The notes: generated by a model not told the origin, from the sequence alone. DNA of 64,000 nt from Candidatus Poribacteria bacterium (GCA_963663765.2 CAXXUA010000004.1:416001-480000), one strand, 5' to 3'. Counted from the first letter of the stretch, positions 1 through 10,560 are shown. Program-made: numbers and translations.

Positions 1-4
1 CCAA

Positions 5-331
5 TCAAGTGAATAGTTCTAACCAAACGAAGAACAAAATTATAATAACAAATTGGCTAACAAAACCTATAGCAGCCCAGACTTGTTGAATGCTTTTTGC
101 CTTGATTTTATAGTTATCTGAATAATACGCAATGTATTCTGGTGTGCATTCAAATAAATATAAACGTGATGTTGGGGCTGATGGTTCAATTACAGCAGCA
201 ATGATTACACCAAACAAGTTTCCAACGATACCCACAAGAAACCAAAGTAATTTGTTTATATCTTTTTTGGCATCATAATAGGCGTCAACGTGTGCTTTGT
301 GCAAATCGTTGTTCATACTTATTTTCACCAT
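5..331 (-). CDS. small two-TM hypothetical membrane protein
   Basis: Two hydrophobic segments; paralog of 482-817 (DA..DA..DIN..LW...G...P..P..RL...EY.A.Y.D.Y). Confidence 0.7.
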   Translation of the reverse strand: MVKISMNNDLHKAHVDAYYDAKKDINKLLWFLVGIVGNLFGVIIAAVIEPSAPTSRLYLFECTPEYIAYYSDNYKIKAKSIQQVWAAIGFVSQFVIIILFFVWLELFT

Positions 332-481
332 CCAGAAAAAGCGGTTAGGTATTGAAAGTAACTATTGGATTCTACCTGAATAGCGCTTAGGATGTCAACG
401 TTTTTTATTGTATGTCCAGAGTTAGTTGAAATCATAACACTTTGTCATGAACAACACATAAAACTCTTGATAACAGAAGAT

Positions 482-817
482 TTACATAATCCATCGGTAA
501 ATATTAGTTTCCATAACAAATATAACTACTACGACTAATAAAAGAACGACAACACCTAAACATGCAAAGTTAATCCGTATACTTCTCCCTTGTGCTATAT
601 AAGCATCGGTGTAAAACGCGGTGTATTCTTGTGATTTTTCATATTCTTGTGATTTTACATATAAACGTATTGAGGGTGGCATAGGTTGACATATACATGC
701 TATTAAAATAGCAATTATGCTGAATAAAAAACCTGCAATTAACCACAAAAAAGTGTTGATGTCTTGATATGCATCATTTACAGCATCAATGCGGGCTTGG
801 TCTCGTGGATTGTTCAT
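482..817 (-). CDS. small two-TM hypothetical membrane protein (tandem paralog)
   Basis: Same motif pattern as 5-331. Confidence 0.7.
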   Translation of the reverse strand: MNNPRDQARIDAVNDAYQDINTFLWLIAGFLFSIIAILIACICQPMPPSIRLYVKSQEYEKSQEYTAFYTDAYIAQGRSIRINFACLGVVVLLLVVVVIFVMETNIYRWIM

Positions 818-944
818 TTTACACCTTTTATTTTAAGTCTATTTTGATGAGATTATTCAGCTTTGTAGTTTGGATTGAGGCACGAAACCCAATAAAAAAA
901 CGCTTGGACATACTGGAAAAGTTGAGTTTCACCTGCGGTTCAAC

Positions 945-1286
945 CCATGGGTGTCAACTTAGCGATTCATATTATTTGTAGGAGGGAAACCTTGAAATCC
1001 CGATTTTCTCACTCAAGGTAGGCGTGCTTTGTAAGCGCGCCCCTCAACTGTACTCAACTGCAGGCGTGATTTGTAAGCGCGCCCCCTACTCACACGCACT
1101 CAACTGCAGGCGTGATTTGTAAGCGCGCGCCCCAACTGCACTCCCATGCAGGCGTGCTTTGTAAGCGCGCCGTTGCCAATAGTAAGCGCACCGTTGCCAA
1201 TCCTGTGTTTATCGGCGCACTTACAAAGCACGCATACCGGGATGGGATATTTAGCACTTGACTTTTTCTTAAGTTGACACCTATGG
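945..1286. mobile_element. 342-bp MITE-like element carrying a REP cluster, with 18-bp flanking direct repeats
   Basis: TIRs CCATGGGTGTCAACTTA / TAAGTTGACACCTATGG (16/17 match); TTTCACCTGCGGTTCAAC at 927-944 and 1287-1304. Confidence 0.75.
1017..1240. repeat. cluster of REP-like palindromes (GYAGGCGTGMTTTGTAAGCGCGCC)
   Basis: Four direct copies plus an inverted copy, separated by related short linkers. Confidence 0.8.
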
Positions 1287-1317
1287 TTTCACCTGCGGTT
1301 CAACCCAACATACAAGA

Positions 1318-1964
1318 CTAATTTTGTTCTGCAGTTTTAAAACCGTAAATCTCAATTTCACGAATTCTGCCTGGTCTATGCATAGGTGTGCTAATATTGG
1401 AAATAACTGTTCTATCAAGCCTTCCTGAACCTAATAAGGTACTAAATGTAAATGTTTTTGACTTTTGAACAGGTGAATTAAAAGTTCTCAATATACGAAT
1501 CTTTATCTGATTAGTATAATATGGCTTCCTTAGTTTAAGGTCGATTATTTTAGACCTTACATCCCGCATCTCTATAATATGTTCCCAATTTTCTCCTTTT
1601 GCCCTTTTACCCTCATTCACATATACAACAAAATGTTTTAAATTATCCGAGTGAAGTATAATCCTATAGATTTTTTTCCTTTCTGGTAATGAAACAACCA
1701 CTATAGAATCATTTCGGAAAAATTCTGCATTATCCTTCGCTGCAGACACTTTTGCTGCATACTCTTTATTATTGATGTTAACGATAACGCTGCTTCTCCT
1801 ATAGTCTCAAAATTTCCATCAATCATTTCCGGACTCGTTGATTGTACTCCATCCATAAGTGCATAATTATTACTCCATTCTTGTGCTGAAAAAATCGTGC
1901 TACATCCAGTAATCATACAAGAAATACAAAACATAAAGAAGCAATCGAAACATTTATTGAACAT
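1318..1964 (-). pseudogene. frameshifted lipoprotein, paralog of 42853 and 43685 genes
   Basis: ORF 1701-1964 has a lipobox (ITGC) and QEWSNNYALMDGV; ORF 1318-1749 has LPERKKIYRIILHSDN and IREIEIYGFK; frame change near 1780-1790. Confidence 0.75.
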
Positions 1965-2021
1965 AGTCTATCCGATGATATTAACCTGTATATTTCCGTG
2001 CGATGCTGTGCATTTCACATC

Positions 2022-3671
2022 TTATACGGTTTGCAAGTTGCTTATAGAAAGCAACCAGGGTTCATCTACCAAAGCACGCAAAAATATCCCGCGTGCGCCA
2101 TTTAAGTCTCTGTCCATCTTGAGTCCCATGCTATCTTTTATTATCTTTCGTCCACCGAGTGATTTTCTAATCTCACCATTCCACGAAACTGTTTTTGATG
2201 TGTATGCTTCACAGACATCAATGACGAGACATCCAGTCTCTTTCGCTTTGTGCTTTAGAAAATGTTTGAATCTGTAGTGCGACAGTGTCAACATTTGTCG
2301 GGCAGACTTCTTGTGTAGTTTGCGGTTTCCACGCATTACCATATCTGAAGTCTCAAAAGTAGGGAGTAGGATAATATCAAAGGTATCCACAAGGAAACGT
2401 GCTATTTTATGATGCAACTCGTCAACAAGATATCTGATACGTTTTCTGATGCGATTTGCAGCACGTCTCATATTCTTGCGTGATTGTTGTGTCGCTTTTA
2501 TTGCACGGGATAAAAGATTATCAAGGTATGAACAAAGTCTTTGAATCCGATTGATAGCATGGTGTCCAAGCCATCCGAAACCACGCTCATGGAAATATGT
2601 GAGGAATGTTCTCACGCCAGGGTCTAAAGCAACAACACTTCCGTTTGGTTTTCGCTTCGGAGTTGTCACAGTATAGGAAACACAGAGATAGTATTTATCA
2701 TTCTCTTTCACGAGGCGTGAGTCACAGATATTATCAGGTAACATCTCTGACATTTTGAGATCACCAAGCACTGTGTGATAAACACCGCGAGGTTTTATAG
2801 CAGACTTTGGTATGAAAATACTATCTGATGGATGACGTTTGGATTTGAAAAAAACAGACTGATATTGACCTGTTTTCTTGCATTTTCGCTTTGCTTCTCG
2901 GACAGCAATACAAGCGTCACGGATAGCAACAGATTTCACTTGATACGGTGTTTCTTTGCTCCAATCAGGAAGATCGTGAAGAATACCTGTTTTTATCGCT
3001 TTCCAATTCGCTTTTGTGTCTGTTTCGTTCAACAAAGCAATTGTTTTATTATAAGTAAAACGTGCTGTGCCAAACCACTGACGCAGTGTTTCACGTTGTT
3101 CTGTTGTCGGATAAACTCTTATCTTCTTTGATTTTGTCACGGTAACTTCGGAGTCCGTGCATTCTGTAACTGAAGACGTGCAGGATTGCGAGAAGATCCG
3201 ACGTGAGTTCTTCTTGCGGACTGTGTTCTGTTTGATCGAGAACCACGAGTTCGCCACCGTTTTGTTCAATGAGGTATTGTATAAGGTCGATACCGAAGCG
3301 GGCGAGTCTATCCCGATGGGCAATAACAACTTGGAGCTTATCACCTTGCATAAGCCGTTCCAATAAGGTTCTAAGCCCTTTTCTTTTGAAGTTGATTCCG
3401 CTTCCGATGTCTCGGATAACTTCTGCTTCGGGGTAGATACTTCGCATATATTCAACTTGTCGTTCAAGGTCTTCTCTTTGCTTTGTGCTGGATACTCTGC
3501 AGTAGCAAACAGTTGCAATTGATGTGGATTTGCTTTTGATGTATCCGTCAACATCATAGCGTCTGTGTCCGCCTCCTGTGCGGATAATATCAATCTTTCC
3601 TTCATTTGCCAACCTCCGTAAATGGTCAGGTGTATAATCCAGCAGCTCACTTGCTTTGCGCGCTGATACAT
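2022..3671 (-). CDS. tnpB: TnpB RNA-guided endonuclease, Fanzor-like clade (start uncertain)
   Basis: KIRVYPT HTH start; RuvC-I VALDPGVRTF; CEAYTSKT; RuvC-III DRDLNGARGI. Confidence 0.9.
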   Translation of the reverse strand: MYQRAKQVSCWIIHLTIYGGWQMKERLILSAQEADTDAMMLTDTSKANPHQLQLFATAEYPAQSKEKTLNDKLNICEVSTPKQKLSETSEAESTSKEKGLEPYWNGLCKVISSKLLLPIGIDSPASVSTLYNTSLNKTVANSWFSIKQNTVRKKNSRRIFSQSCTSSVTECTDSEVTVTKSKKIRVYPTTEQRETLRQWFGTARFTYNKTIALLNETDTKANWKAIKTGILHDLPDWSKETPYQVKSVAIRDACIAVREAKRKCKKTGQYQSVFFKSKRHPSDSIFIPKSAIKPRGVYHTVLGDLKMSEMLPDNICDSRLVKENDKYYLCVSYTVTTPKRKPNGSVVALDPGVRTFLTYFHERGFGWLGHHAINRIQRLCSYLDNLLSRAIKATQQSRKNMRRAANRIRKRIRYLVDELHHKIARFLVDTFDIILLPTFETSDMVMRGNRKLHKKSARQMLTLSHYRFKHFLKHKAKETGCLVIDVCEAYTSKTVSWNGEIRKSLGGRKIIKDSMGLKMDRDLNGARGIFLRALVDEPWLLSISNLQTV

Positions 3672-3678
3672 AAGTCAT
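3091..3678 (-). CDS. tnpA: IS607 transposase (MerR-like HTH + serine recombinase)
   Basis: RTGGGHRRY HTH; YCRVSS catalytic motif; DIGSGINFKRKGL; HRDRLARFG. Confidence 0.95.
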   Translation of the reverse strand: MTYVSARKASELLDYTPDHLRRLANEGKIDIIRTGGGHRRYDVDGYIKSKSTSIATVCYCRVSSTKQREDLERQVEYMRSIYPEAEVIRDIGSGINFKRKGLRTLLERLMQGDKLQVVIAHRDRLARFGIDLIQYLIEQNGGELVVLDQTEHSPQEELTSDLLAILHVFSYRMHGLRSYRDKIKEDKSLSDNRTT

Positions 3679-3813
3679 GTATATAGTAGCACATAAATAT
3701 CAAGGAATGTCAAGAAATATGTAGATATTTAGATACTGTCACTCTACCTTTTTGTTAATTTAGATATAATAAAGATTTACATAATTTGGTCTGAAGGTGA
3801 ATGCAGTATTAGA

Positions 3814-4863
3814 TTATGTTATCTCAATTGCACGACGTTCGATTGTTGCTTTTCGTGCGGCATCTATGATAGCAAGATTGTGATATGCATTTTCTGCACT
3901 GATTGGCATTGGTTTGTCTGCTGCAAGTGCATTCAAGGTTGCGGTAAAATATCCGATGTGTCCGCTTGCATCTTTGAGTCCCTCTTCATCAAGATTTGTG
4001 AGTTCCAATTGCTTCCATCCATCTGCTCTTGTATATTGACGAAGTGCGTCGCGGACATTATAGCGATGGCGCACTTGAAGGGAACCGTTTTTTGCATGCA
4101 CTTCGCACCAACCAAAATCGGTTTCGGGGACACACCATGCACCAGAAACTGTTGTAATAGCACCGTTTTCGTGTTCACAGAGTAGCATTGCGATGTCGTC
4201 AACATCTATATCAAAGCACATTGTCTTGACGCGTGCTTCAACGTACCGAACTGGTGATTGGATCAGTGTCGTGACGGCATATATTTCATGATAACTGGTA
4301 TCGCTAACACATCCGCCACCTTTTGCCTTGCTTGCGCGCCATGCAAACGCAGGTGTTGAATGGTCGGGAGAAAAATCTGTAGGTTTTAATCCCATTCCGG
4401 TGCTGCGTCCAAAATGGGGTTTACCTATTTCAGATAGTAGTGAAATTGCTCTTTGCATTCCAGCAGTAAAAAGATAATTGTGAATCACTGTGTATGGAAC
4501 ACCGTTTTTGCTGATGGATTCTACAATCCTGTCTGCTTCTTCAAGGGTTGTCGCCATCGGTTTTTCAGAGATAATCGCTACCCCCGCGTTAGCGGATTCA
4601 ATCACCTGTTCAGCATGTAGTGAATGTGGTGTTGCAATTGTAACTGCGTCAATATCGGATTGTGCAAGCATATCCCGATAGTCAGAGAAAAGATTTTCTT
4701 TTGAAACAGCAAACTGTTCACCAACCTTTTCCATATTCTCTGTTATTACATCTGTAAGAGCAGTGACTTTGACGGTATCTGCAAGTGAAAGATAGGCGCG
4801 AGCATGGGTTTGCTGAACGATTCCTCCACACCCTATTAGTCCTAAACGTATCGGTTTTCTCAT
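3814..4863 (-). CDS. Gfo/Idh/MocA oxidoreductase
   Basis: GLIGCGGI Rossmann motif; EKP motif; GGG..D...H. Confidence 0.9.
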   Translation of the reverse strand: MRKPIRLGLIGCGGIVQQTHARAYLSLADTVKVTALTDVITENMEKVGEQFAVSKENLFSDYRDMLAQSDIDAVTIATPHSLHAEQVIESANAGVAIISEKPMATTLEEADRIVESISKNGVPYTVIHNYLFTAGMQRAISLLSEIGKPHFGRSTGMGLKPTDFSPDHSTPAFAWRASKAKGGGCVSDTSYHEIYAVTTLIQSPVRYVEARVKTMCFDIDVDDIAMLLCEHENGAITTVSGAWCVPETDFGWCEVHAKNGSLQVRHRYNVRDALRQYTRADGWKQLELTNLDEEGLKDASGHIGYFTATLNALAADKPMPISAENAYHNLAIIDAARKATIERRAIEIT

Positions 4864-4981
4864 CTCAAACTCCTTTGTTAGAGTTTACCACAATCAGATA
4901 AATTATCAAACAATTTTGTAACACCTATATTAGGAAATGTGCTACAATGACATACAAAATCTGCAAGGAAAGGAACTACGC

Positions 4982-6478
4982 ATGAGTAAAGAAGAAAAGA
5001 AAGATTCTGATGAGCAAAAGTCTGAAGAAAAGGACAACTCAACTCCTGATGATAACCTTTCTGTTACGCACCATAGTGTAACGATAAACGGTAAAGAGTT
5101 GAAGTATACTGCGACAGCAGGGACACTTGTCTTGAAGAAAGAGGTTGACAAAGAGGGTGAGAAACCGAAAGCGTCAATTTTCTTTGTTGCATATACGTTG
5201 GACGATGTGGAGGATAAGTCTAAACGTCCAATAACATTTTCATTTAATGGGGGACCGGGGTCATCATCGGTTTGGCTACACTTGGGTGTATTAGGTCCAC
5301 GGCGCGTTAAGCCGGATGAGGATGGAAATCCACCCCAACCACCGTATGAACTGACCAACAACGAATTTTCCATTTTGGATAAAACGGATCTGGTCTTCAT
5401 TGATCCTGTGAGTACGGGATTTAGTAGAGCAGTACCAGGTGAAGAAGCAAAGCAGTTTCATGGATTACAAAAGGACATTGAATCGGTTGGCGATTTTATT
5501 TTACTATTTTTGGGTAGGTATAAGCGATGGCGGTCTCCGAAATTTTTGATTGGTGAAAGTTATGGGACAACGCGTGCATGTGGATTATCTGGGTATCTTC
5601 AAGACAGAAATGGTACTTATTTGAACGGCATCATGTTGGTTTCGGTTGTGTTAAATTTTCAGACAATTCGGTTTGCGGTTGGGAACGACCTACCGTATAT
5701 CCTTTTTCTGCCAACATATACTGCGACAGCATTTTGGCACAACAAACTTAGCGAGATGGATACAAAACAGGAAGGCAGTTTTGAAAAAATCTTGGACGAA
5801 GCAAGGTCGTTTGCATTAGGGGATTACACCGTTGCATTGATGCAGGGAACAAACCTGACAGATCGCAGAAAGCAAGCGATTGTTAAGAAGTTGTCAACAT
5901 ACACTGGACTTTCCACCGATTACATTGAAAAAACTGATCTTCGTATTCGGATAAACAGGTTCTGCAAAGAGCTTCTGCGAGAAGAAGGACAAACGGTTGG
6001 TCGTTTTGATAGTCGTTTTACTGGCATCGACCGAGATTCCGCTGGTGAGAATTATGAGTATGATCCGAGTTCTGCAGTAATTCAAGGTGCATATACTGCT
6101 ACACTTAATGATTATGTGCGGTGTGAACTTGGGTTTGAAAGCGATCTCCCTTATGAAATCCTTAGTGGACGTGTGCATCCTTGGGACTATAAAAGTCATC
6201 AGAACGAGTATGTGAACGTTGCAGATACACTACGCAAGGCAATGACGACAAATCCTGCGTTAAAAGTGTATGTTGCAAATGGATATTTTGATTTAGCAAC
6301 ACCATTTTTAGCGTCTGAATACACATTTTCGCATCTTGGATTGGACAAGTCTTTACAGGACAACATCACTATGGCTTACTACAAAGCTGGACACATGATG
6401 TATATTGATATGGACGAATTGAGAAAGATGAAAGAAGATATGGACGCATATCTTGATGGTGTACTTGCTGATAATTAG
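4982..6478 (+). CDS. S10 family serine carboxypeptidase
   Basis: [17 protein letters not shown] motifs; start moved to the ATG after AGGA. Confidence 0.9.
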   Translation: MSKEEKKDSDEQKSEEKDNSTPDDNLSVTHHSVTINGKELKYTATAGTLVLKKEVDKEGEKPKASIFFVAYTLDDVEDKSKRPITFSFNGGPGSSSVWLHLGVLGPRRVKPDEDGNPPQPPYELTNNEFSILDKTDLVFIDPVSTGFSRAVPGEEAKQFHGLQKDIESVGDFILLFLGRYKRWRSPKFLIGESYGTTRACGLSGYLQDRNGTYLNGIMLVSVVLNFQTIRFAVGNDLPYILFLPTYTATAFWHNKLSEMDTKQEGSFEKILDEARSFALGDYTVALMQGTNLTDRRKQAIVKKLSTYTGLSTDYIEKTDLRIRINRFCKELLREEGQTVGRFDSRFTGIDRDSAGENYEYDPSSAVIQGAYTATLNDYVRCELGFESDLPYEILSGRVHPWDYKSHQNEYVNVADTLRKAMTTNPALKVYVANGYFDLATPFLASEYTFSHLGLDKSLQDNITMAYYKAGHMMYIDMDELRKMKEDMDAYLDGVLADN

Positions 6479-6510
6479 GAATTGAATGTAATGAGATTCT
6501 AACAAAAGTT

Positions 6511-7557
6511 ATGAGTTATCAAAGAGACTTTGAGAAAAGGCTTAATGTTGCTGTTGTTGGTGTTGGTTCACATGGATATCGGAATGTCCTACCAACAATG
6601 ACATTTCTACCAATTTGTATAAAAGCGTTCTGTGATGTGAACATTGACCGTGCTAAACTAACTGCTGAACAGTATGGTGTTAAGTCGTGCTATGCTGACA
6701 TGGCTGAGATGTTGCGGCATGAGAAATTAGATGCGATATTCCTTTGTGTTCCACCCCGTCTTCACCCTGAACTGACTTGCGAAGCGTTGGATGCGGGGAT
6801 GCATGTTTGGTTGGAAAAGCCACCTGGTATGTTTGCAAGTGAAGTTGGGGAGATGATAAGTCATCGCAAAGACCGTGTCGTTGTGGTTGGTTTCAAAAAA
6901 GCGTTTATGCCTGCTACACAGAAAATCATTGAAATCTTCAATTCGGATGAATATGGTCCACTGCGGACAATGTTGGGTGTGTATCCGATGGCGATTCCGA
7001 GTGATGGTGAACGTATTCTTCGTGAGCATGAACATACGAATTGGCTTCAAAACGGAGTGCATCCGTTATCATTGCTGCTTGCTGTTGGTGATAAGGTTTC
7101 TGGCGTTACCGTCCACCGTAGCAAACTTGGTGGTGGTGTTTGTATTATAGAGTTCGCAAGCGGTGCGATTGGTAACTTTCATCTTGCAGACGGTGCAAGA
7201 CATGGACAACCATCTGAACTGTATCAATTCTTTGGTGATGGTTGTCATGCTGAAATTCGGAACGGAACTCAGATTGTTTTACAACGCGGTATGCAATTCG
7301 ATTATCATGGCAGCACAAGTTTTGTCGCTGAAGGTTATGACAGTGGGGCAATTGTATGGGAACCACAACACAGTCTTGGAACACTTGAAAACAAAGGTCT
7401 TTTCATTCAAGGATTTTACCAAGAAATGCGTTATTTCTGTGATTGCATTTTGGACGGTAAACCTGCTGAAAAAGGTTCGCTTGAGTTTGCATTAGAGGTA
7501 ATGAAAGTATATGAGGCTGGACTTCGTTCTGAGGGAGATACAATAACCATTGCGTAG
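6511..7557 (+). CDS. Gfo/Idh/MocA oxidoreductase
   Basis: VVGVGSHG; WLEKPP. Confidence 0.9.
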   Translation: MSYQRDFEKRLNVAVVGVGSHGYRNVLPTMTFLPICIKAFCDVNIDRAKLTAEQYGVKSCYADMAEMLRHEKLDAIFLCVPPRLHPELTCEALDAGMHVWLEKPPGMFASEVGEMISHRKDRVVVVGFKKAFMPATQKIIEIFNSDEYGPLRTMLGVYPMAIPSDGERILREHEHTNWLQNGVHPLSLLLAVGDKVSGVTVHRSKLGGGVCIIEFASGAIGNFHLADGARHGQPSELYQFFGDGCHAEIRNGTQIVLQRGMQFDYHGSTSFVAEGYDSGAIVWEPQHSLGTLENKGLFIQGFYQEMRYFCDCILDGKPAEKGSLEFALEVMKVYEAGLRSEGDTITIA

Positions 7558-7581
7558 GTTTCACACTTTGCTGGAGAGAAA

Positions 7582-9288
7582 ATGCTAACGAAGTTGATCT
7601 GTCGAAATTTTAAGATGTTTGACGAAATAGAAGTTGAATTAGGGAATCCGGTTGTCTTCATCGGTCCAAATAATTCTGGTAAATCGACAGCGTTGCAAGC
7701 TTTGGCATTATGGGAGATTGGTCTAAGACGGTGGAATGAAATTCGAAAGGGAAAATCTATTCCAGAAAAACAACCGGGTGTTGTCATTAACCGTCGTGAC
7801 CTAATCTCTGTTCCAGTGCCAGAAGCACGATTGCTTTGGCGAAATTTGCAAGTGCGAGCTAAAAAGAACATTCGTATAGACATTATTGTTGAAGGTGTTA
7901 CCAATAATAAGACATGGCAATGTGGTTTAGAATTTGATTATGCAAATCAGGAATCCATTTATTGTGGTCCGTTAAGAAATACAGAAGGAAGTGGTAAAGT
8001 TAGCAGTCGAATGTCAATTCCTGAAGAAGTAGGAAACATGTCTTTTGCTTTTCTTCCACCGATGTCAGGACTTGCATCTAATGAAACACGACTTGATCCA
8101 GGGGCTATTAATGTTCGGATCGGAGAAGGACGAACAGCAGAGGTGCTTCGTAATCTTTGTTACCAAGTAGCGGAGAAATCTGAGACTTGGGATAGACTGT
8201 GTGAGCAAATCAGAGATTTGTTTGGTGTTAATCTTGACTTACCCAATTATATTCAGGAACGTGGCGAGGTTACAATGAACTATCGTGATAACTCTGGAAA
8301 TGCTTTAGACCTTTCCTCTTCAGGTCGTGGTTTTCAACAGACATTACTATTACTTGCGTATATCGCTGCACATCCTGGTTCTGTCCTATTACTTGATGAA
8401 CCTGATGCTCATCTTGAAATCCTTCGGCAAAGGCAAATTTATCAAGTACTCACAGAATCAGCTCGTGAATATGATAGTCAGATTATTGCTGCCAGTCATT
8501 CTGAAGTGATTCTGAATGAAGCTGCAGACCGGGATGTTGTAATTGCTTTTCTTGGAACCCCTCACCGAATTGATGACCGTGGGAGTCAGCTGCTGAAATC
8601 GCTGCGAGATATTGGTTTTGAACAATACTATCAGGCAGAACAACAGGGATGGGTTCTCTATCTTGAAGGATCAACGGATCTTGCAATTCTGCGATCATTT
8701 GCAAAGAAACTATCACATCCTGCTGCAAGTCTGTTAGAACGTCCTTATGTTGATTATGTTTCCAATCAACCAACAAAAGCTCGTGAACGCTTTTATGGAT
8801 TAAGGGAAGCAAAAAAAGATCTATGTGGGTTCTGTTTGTTTGATCGGATTACTGATGAACTCAAGACACGTCCAGAATTAATTGAGTACGCATGGAAGCG
8901 ATGTGAAATTGAGAATTACATAGTTTACGACAAACAAGTGCTAATAGATTGGGCTTGGGAAGAAGCACCTAATCATGAAGTAGGTCAATTATTTGGTGCA
9001 AACTGGATAACAATTATGGAAGACACAATTAAAGAAATAGAAGATGCCCTTGAAACACTAGGGAAAGGTTCTCCATGGTCACCGGTTGTTAAAGTAAGTA
9101 CTGATTTTCTTGACCCGTTGTTCGCTTCATTCTTCAAAAAGATGGAGTTACCTAACCTCATGCAAAAGACAAATTATCATACACTCGTCAAATTTGTACC
9201 TACAGATCAAATTGATCCAGAAGTTTCAGTTGTACTTGACGCGATATTAGAAGTAGCGAATAAGGCAAAACCGCTTAGTAGTTTGTAA
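7582..9288 (+). CDS. ABC-type (AAA_15/21) ATPase fused to TOPRIM-like nuclease domain (OLD/PARIS-like)
   Basis: Walker A GPNNSGKST; signature SSGRG; Walker B LLLDEPDAHL; SHS; C-terminal YLEGSTD...FDR...EIENY. Confidence 0.8.
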   Translation: MLTKLICRNFKMFDEIEVELGNPVVFIGPNNSGKSTALQALALWEIGLRRWNEIRKGKSIPEKQPGVVINRRDLISVPVPEARLLWRNLQVRAKKNIRIDIIVEGVTNNKTWQCGLEFDYANQESIYCGPLRNTEGSGKVSSRMSIPEEVGNMSFAFLPPMSGLASNETRLDPGAINVRIGEGRTAEVLRNLCYQVAEKSETWDRLCEQIRDLFGVNLDLPNYIQERGEVTMNYRDNSGNALDLSSSGRGFQQTLLLLAYIAAHPGSVLLLDEPDAHLEILRQRQIYQVLTESAREYDSQIIAASHSEVILNEAADRDVVIAFLGTPHRIDDRGSQLLKSLRDIGFEQYYQAEQQGWVLYLEGSTDLAILRSFAKKLSHPAASLLERPYVDYVSNQPTKARERFYGLREAKKDLCGFCLFDRITDELKTRPELIEYAWKRCEIENYIVYDKQVLIDWAWEEAPNHEVGQLFGANWITIMEDTIKEIEDALETLGKGSPWSPVVKVSTDFLDPLFASFFKKMELPNLMQKTNYHTLVKFVPTDQIDPEVSVVLDAILEVANKAKPLSSL

Positions 9289-9306
9289 TGTTGAGTCGGA
9301 GGAAAT

Positions 9307-10326
9307 GTGGAATACAGGAGATTAGGTAAGAGCGGATTGAAGGTTTCCGAAATATGCTTGGGGACAATGACATTCGGTCATGGTGCAGATGCATCAGAAT
9401 CGGAACGGATGGTGCATCTTGCATGGGATGCTGGTGTGAACTTCTTTGACACAGCTAATTCCTACGGTGAAGGACAGTCAGAGATAATGCTTGGAAAAGC
9501 ACTCAAGGGTAGGCGGCGCGATGCTGTAGTTGCTACAAAGTTTTTCAATCCAATGGGTTCAGGTCCGAATGACTCTGGTATGTCACGTGTGCATATCATG
9601 CAGGCAATCGATGATAGTCTGAAGCGACTACAGATGGATTATGTTGACATCTACTATATTCACCACGTTGATACGCAAACACCTTTAGAGGAGATGCTGA
9701 GAGCATTACATGACCTTGTTAGGCAAGGTAAAGTTAGGTACACAGCATGTAGTAACTACCAAGCATGGCGATTGTCAGAAGCGCTGCGGATCAGTGAATC
9801 TCAAAACTTAGCGAAGTTTGTGTGCTATCAACCCTTGTATAACCTTGTCGTAAGAGATATTGAGCAGGAATTGGTGCCACTCTGCGAGTACAAAGGATTA
9901 GGCATAGTTGTGTGGAGTCCTTTAGCAGGTGGGTTTCTCTCTGGTAAATACAAGCCTGGTGAACGTACGCAAACAGAGTCTCGATCGGAAGAAGGATGGG
10001 CATTTCCACAACGATACTTTGCAGCAAACGCAGATGAGATATTAGAAACCTTGTTGACGGTTTCAAAGGAAATTGGATGGACACCTGCGCAAGTCGCACT
10101 CAGATGGGTGCTTCAGCAACCAACGATCACCTCAGCAATTGTTGGTGCAAGACATGTGGCACATTTAGAGGACAATCTCGGAGCAGTTGGAGGGGAGTTG
10201 AATACTGAGAATCTGCAAACACTATACAAAGTATCACAACTTCCTGACCGTTATCCAGAAGCGATGGAAAAGAATATGCACGAACGCAGGGATAATGCTG
10301 TTGATATGGCACTTCGGATGCCTTGA
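9307..10326 (+). CDS. aldo/keto reductase
   Basis: RRLGKSGLKVSEICLGTM; FDTANSYG; ATK; WSPLAGG. Confidence 0.95.
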   Translation: MEYRRLGKSGLKVSEICLGTMTFGHGADASESERMVHLAWDAGVNFFDTANSYGEGQSEIMLGKALKGRRRDAVVATKFFNPMGSGPNDSGMSRVHIMQAIDDSLKRLQMDYVDIYYIHHVDTQTPLEEMLRALHDLVRQGKVRYTACSNYQAWRLSEALRISESQNLAKFVCYQPLYNLVVRDIEQELVPLCEYKGLGIVVWSPLAGGFLSGKYKPGERTQTESRSEEGWAFPQRYFAANADEILETLLTVSKEIGWTPAQVALRWVLQQPTITSAIVGARHVAHLEDNLGAVGGELNTENLQTLYKVSQLPDRYPEAMEKNMHERRDNAVDMALRMP

Positions 10327-10560
10327 AGAAGGAAGATTATTTGACTAAATTGAGAAAAAAACACACAATCAACTAGTGCTTAGTCACGTGTTTATTGATG
10401 GGTCTAAAAAGAAGTCGGGAATCGGAGTTCCCTCCTACAATACACACAATACACAAGACTTCTGTAGGAGCGATCTCCGAATCTCAACCTACAATAGTAT
10501 GTTGACTCAACACTAGTTGTACATATACGAACATTTCTTCTAAACAATTGACTACAGCGT

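Larger units (their letters stand above)
1972..3746 (-). mobile_element. IS607-family element (tnpA serine recombinase + tnpB)
   Basis: Overlapping tnpA/tnpB; GG dinucleotide at both inferred junctions; no TIR or TSD; short repeats (TATCTAAA/TATCTACA) at the left end. Ends are inferred. Confidence 0.85.

Noticed and set aside
1017-1240. CRISPR-like array of ~24-bp palindromic repeats
   Set aside because: Linkers are short and similar to each other, there is an inverted copy, the motif recurs inside MITEs, and no cas genes are present; a REP cluster fits better.
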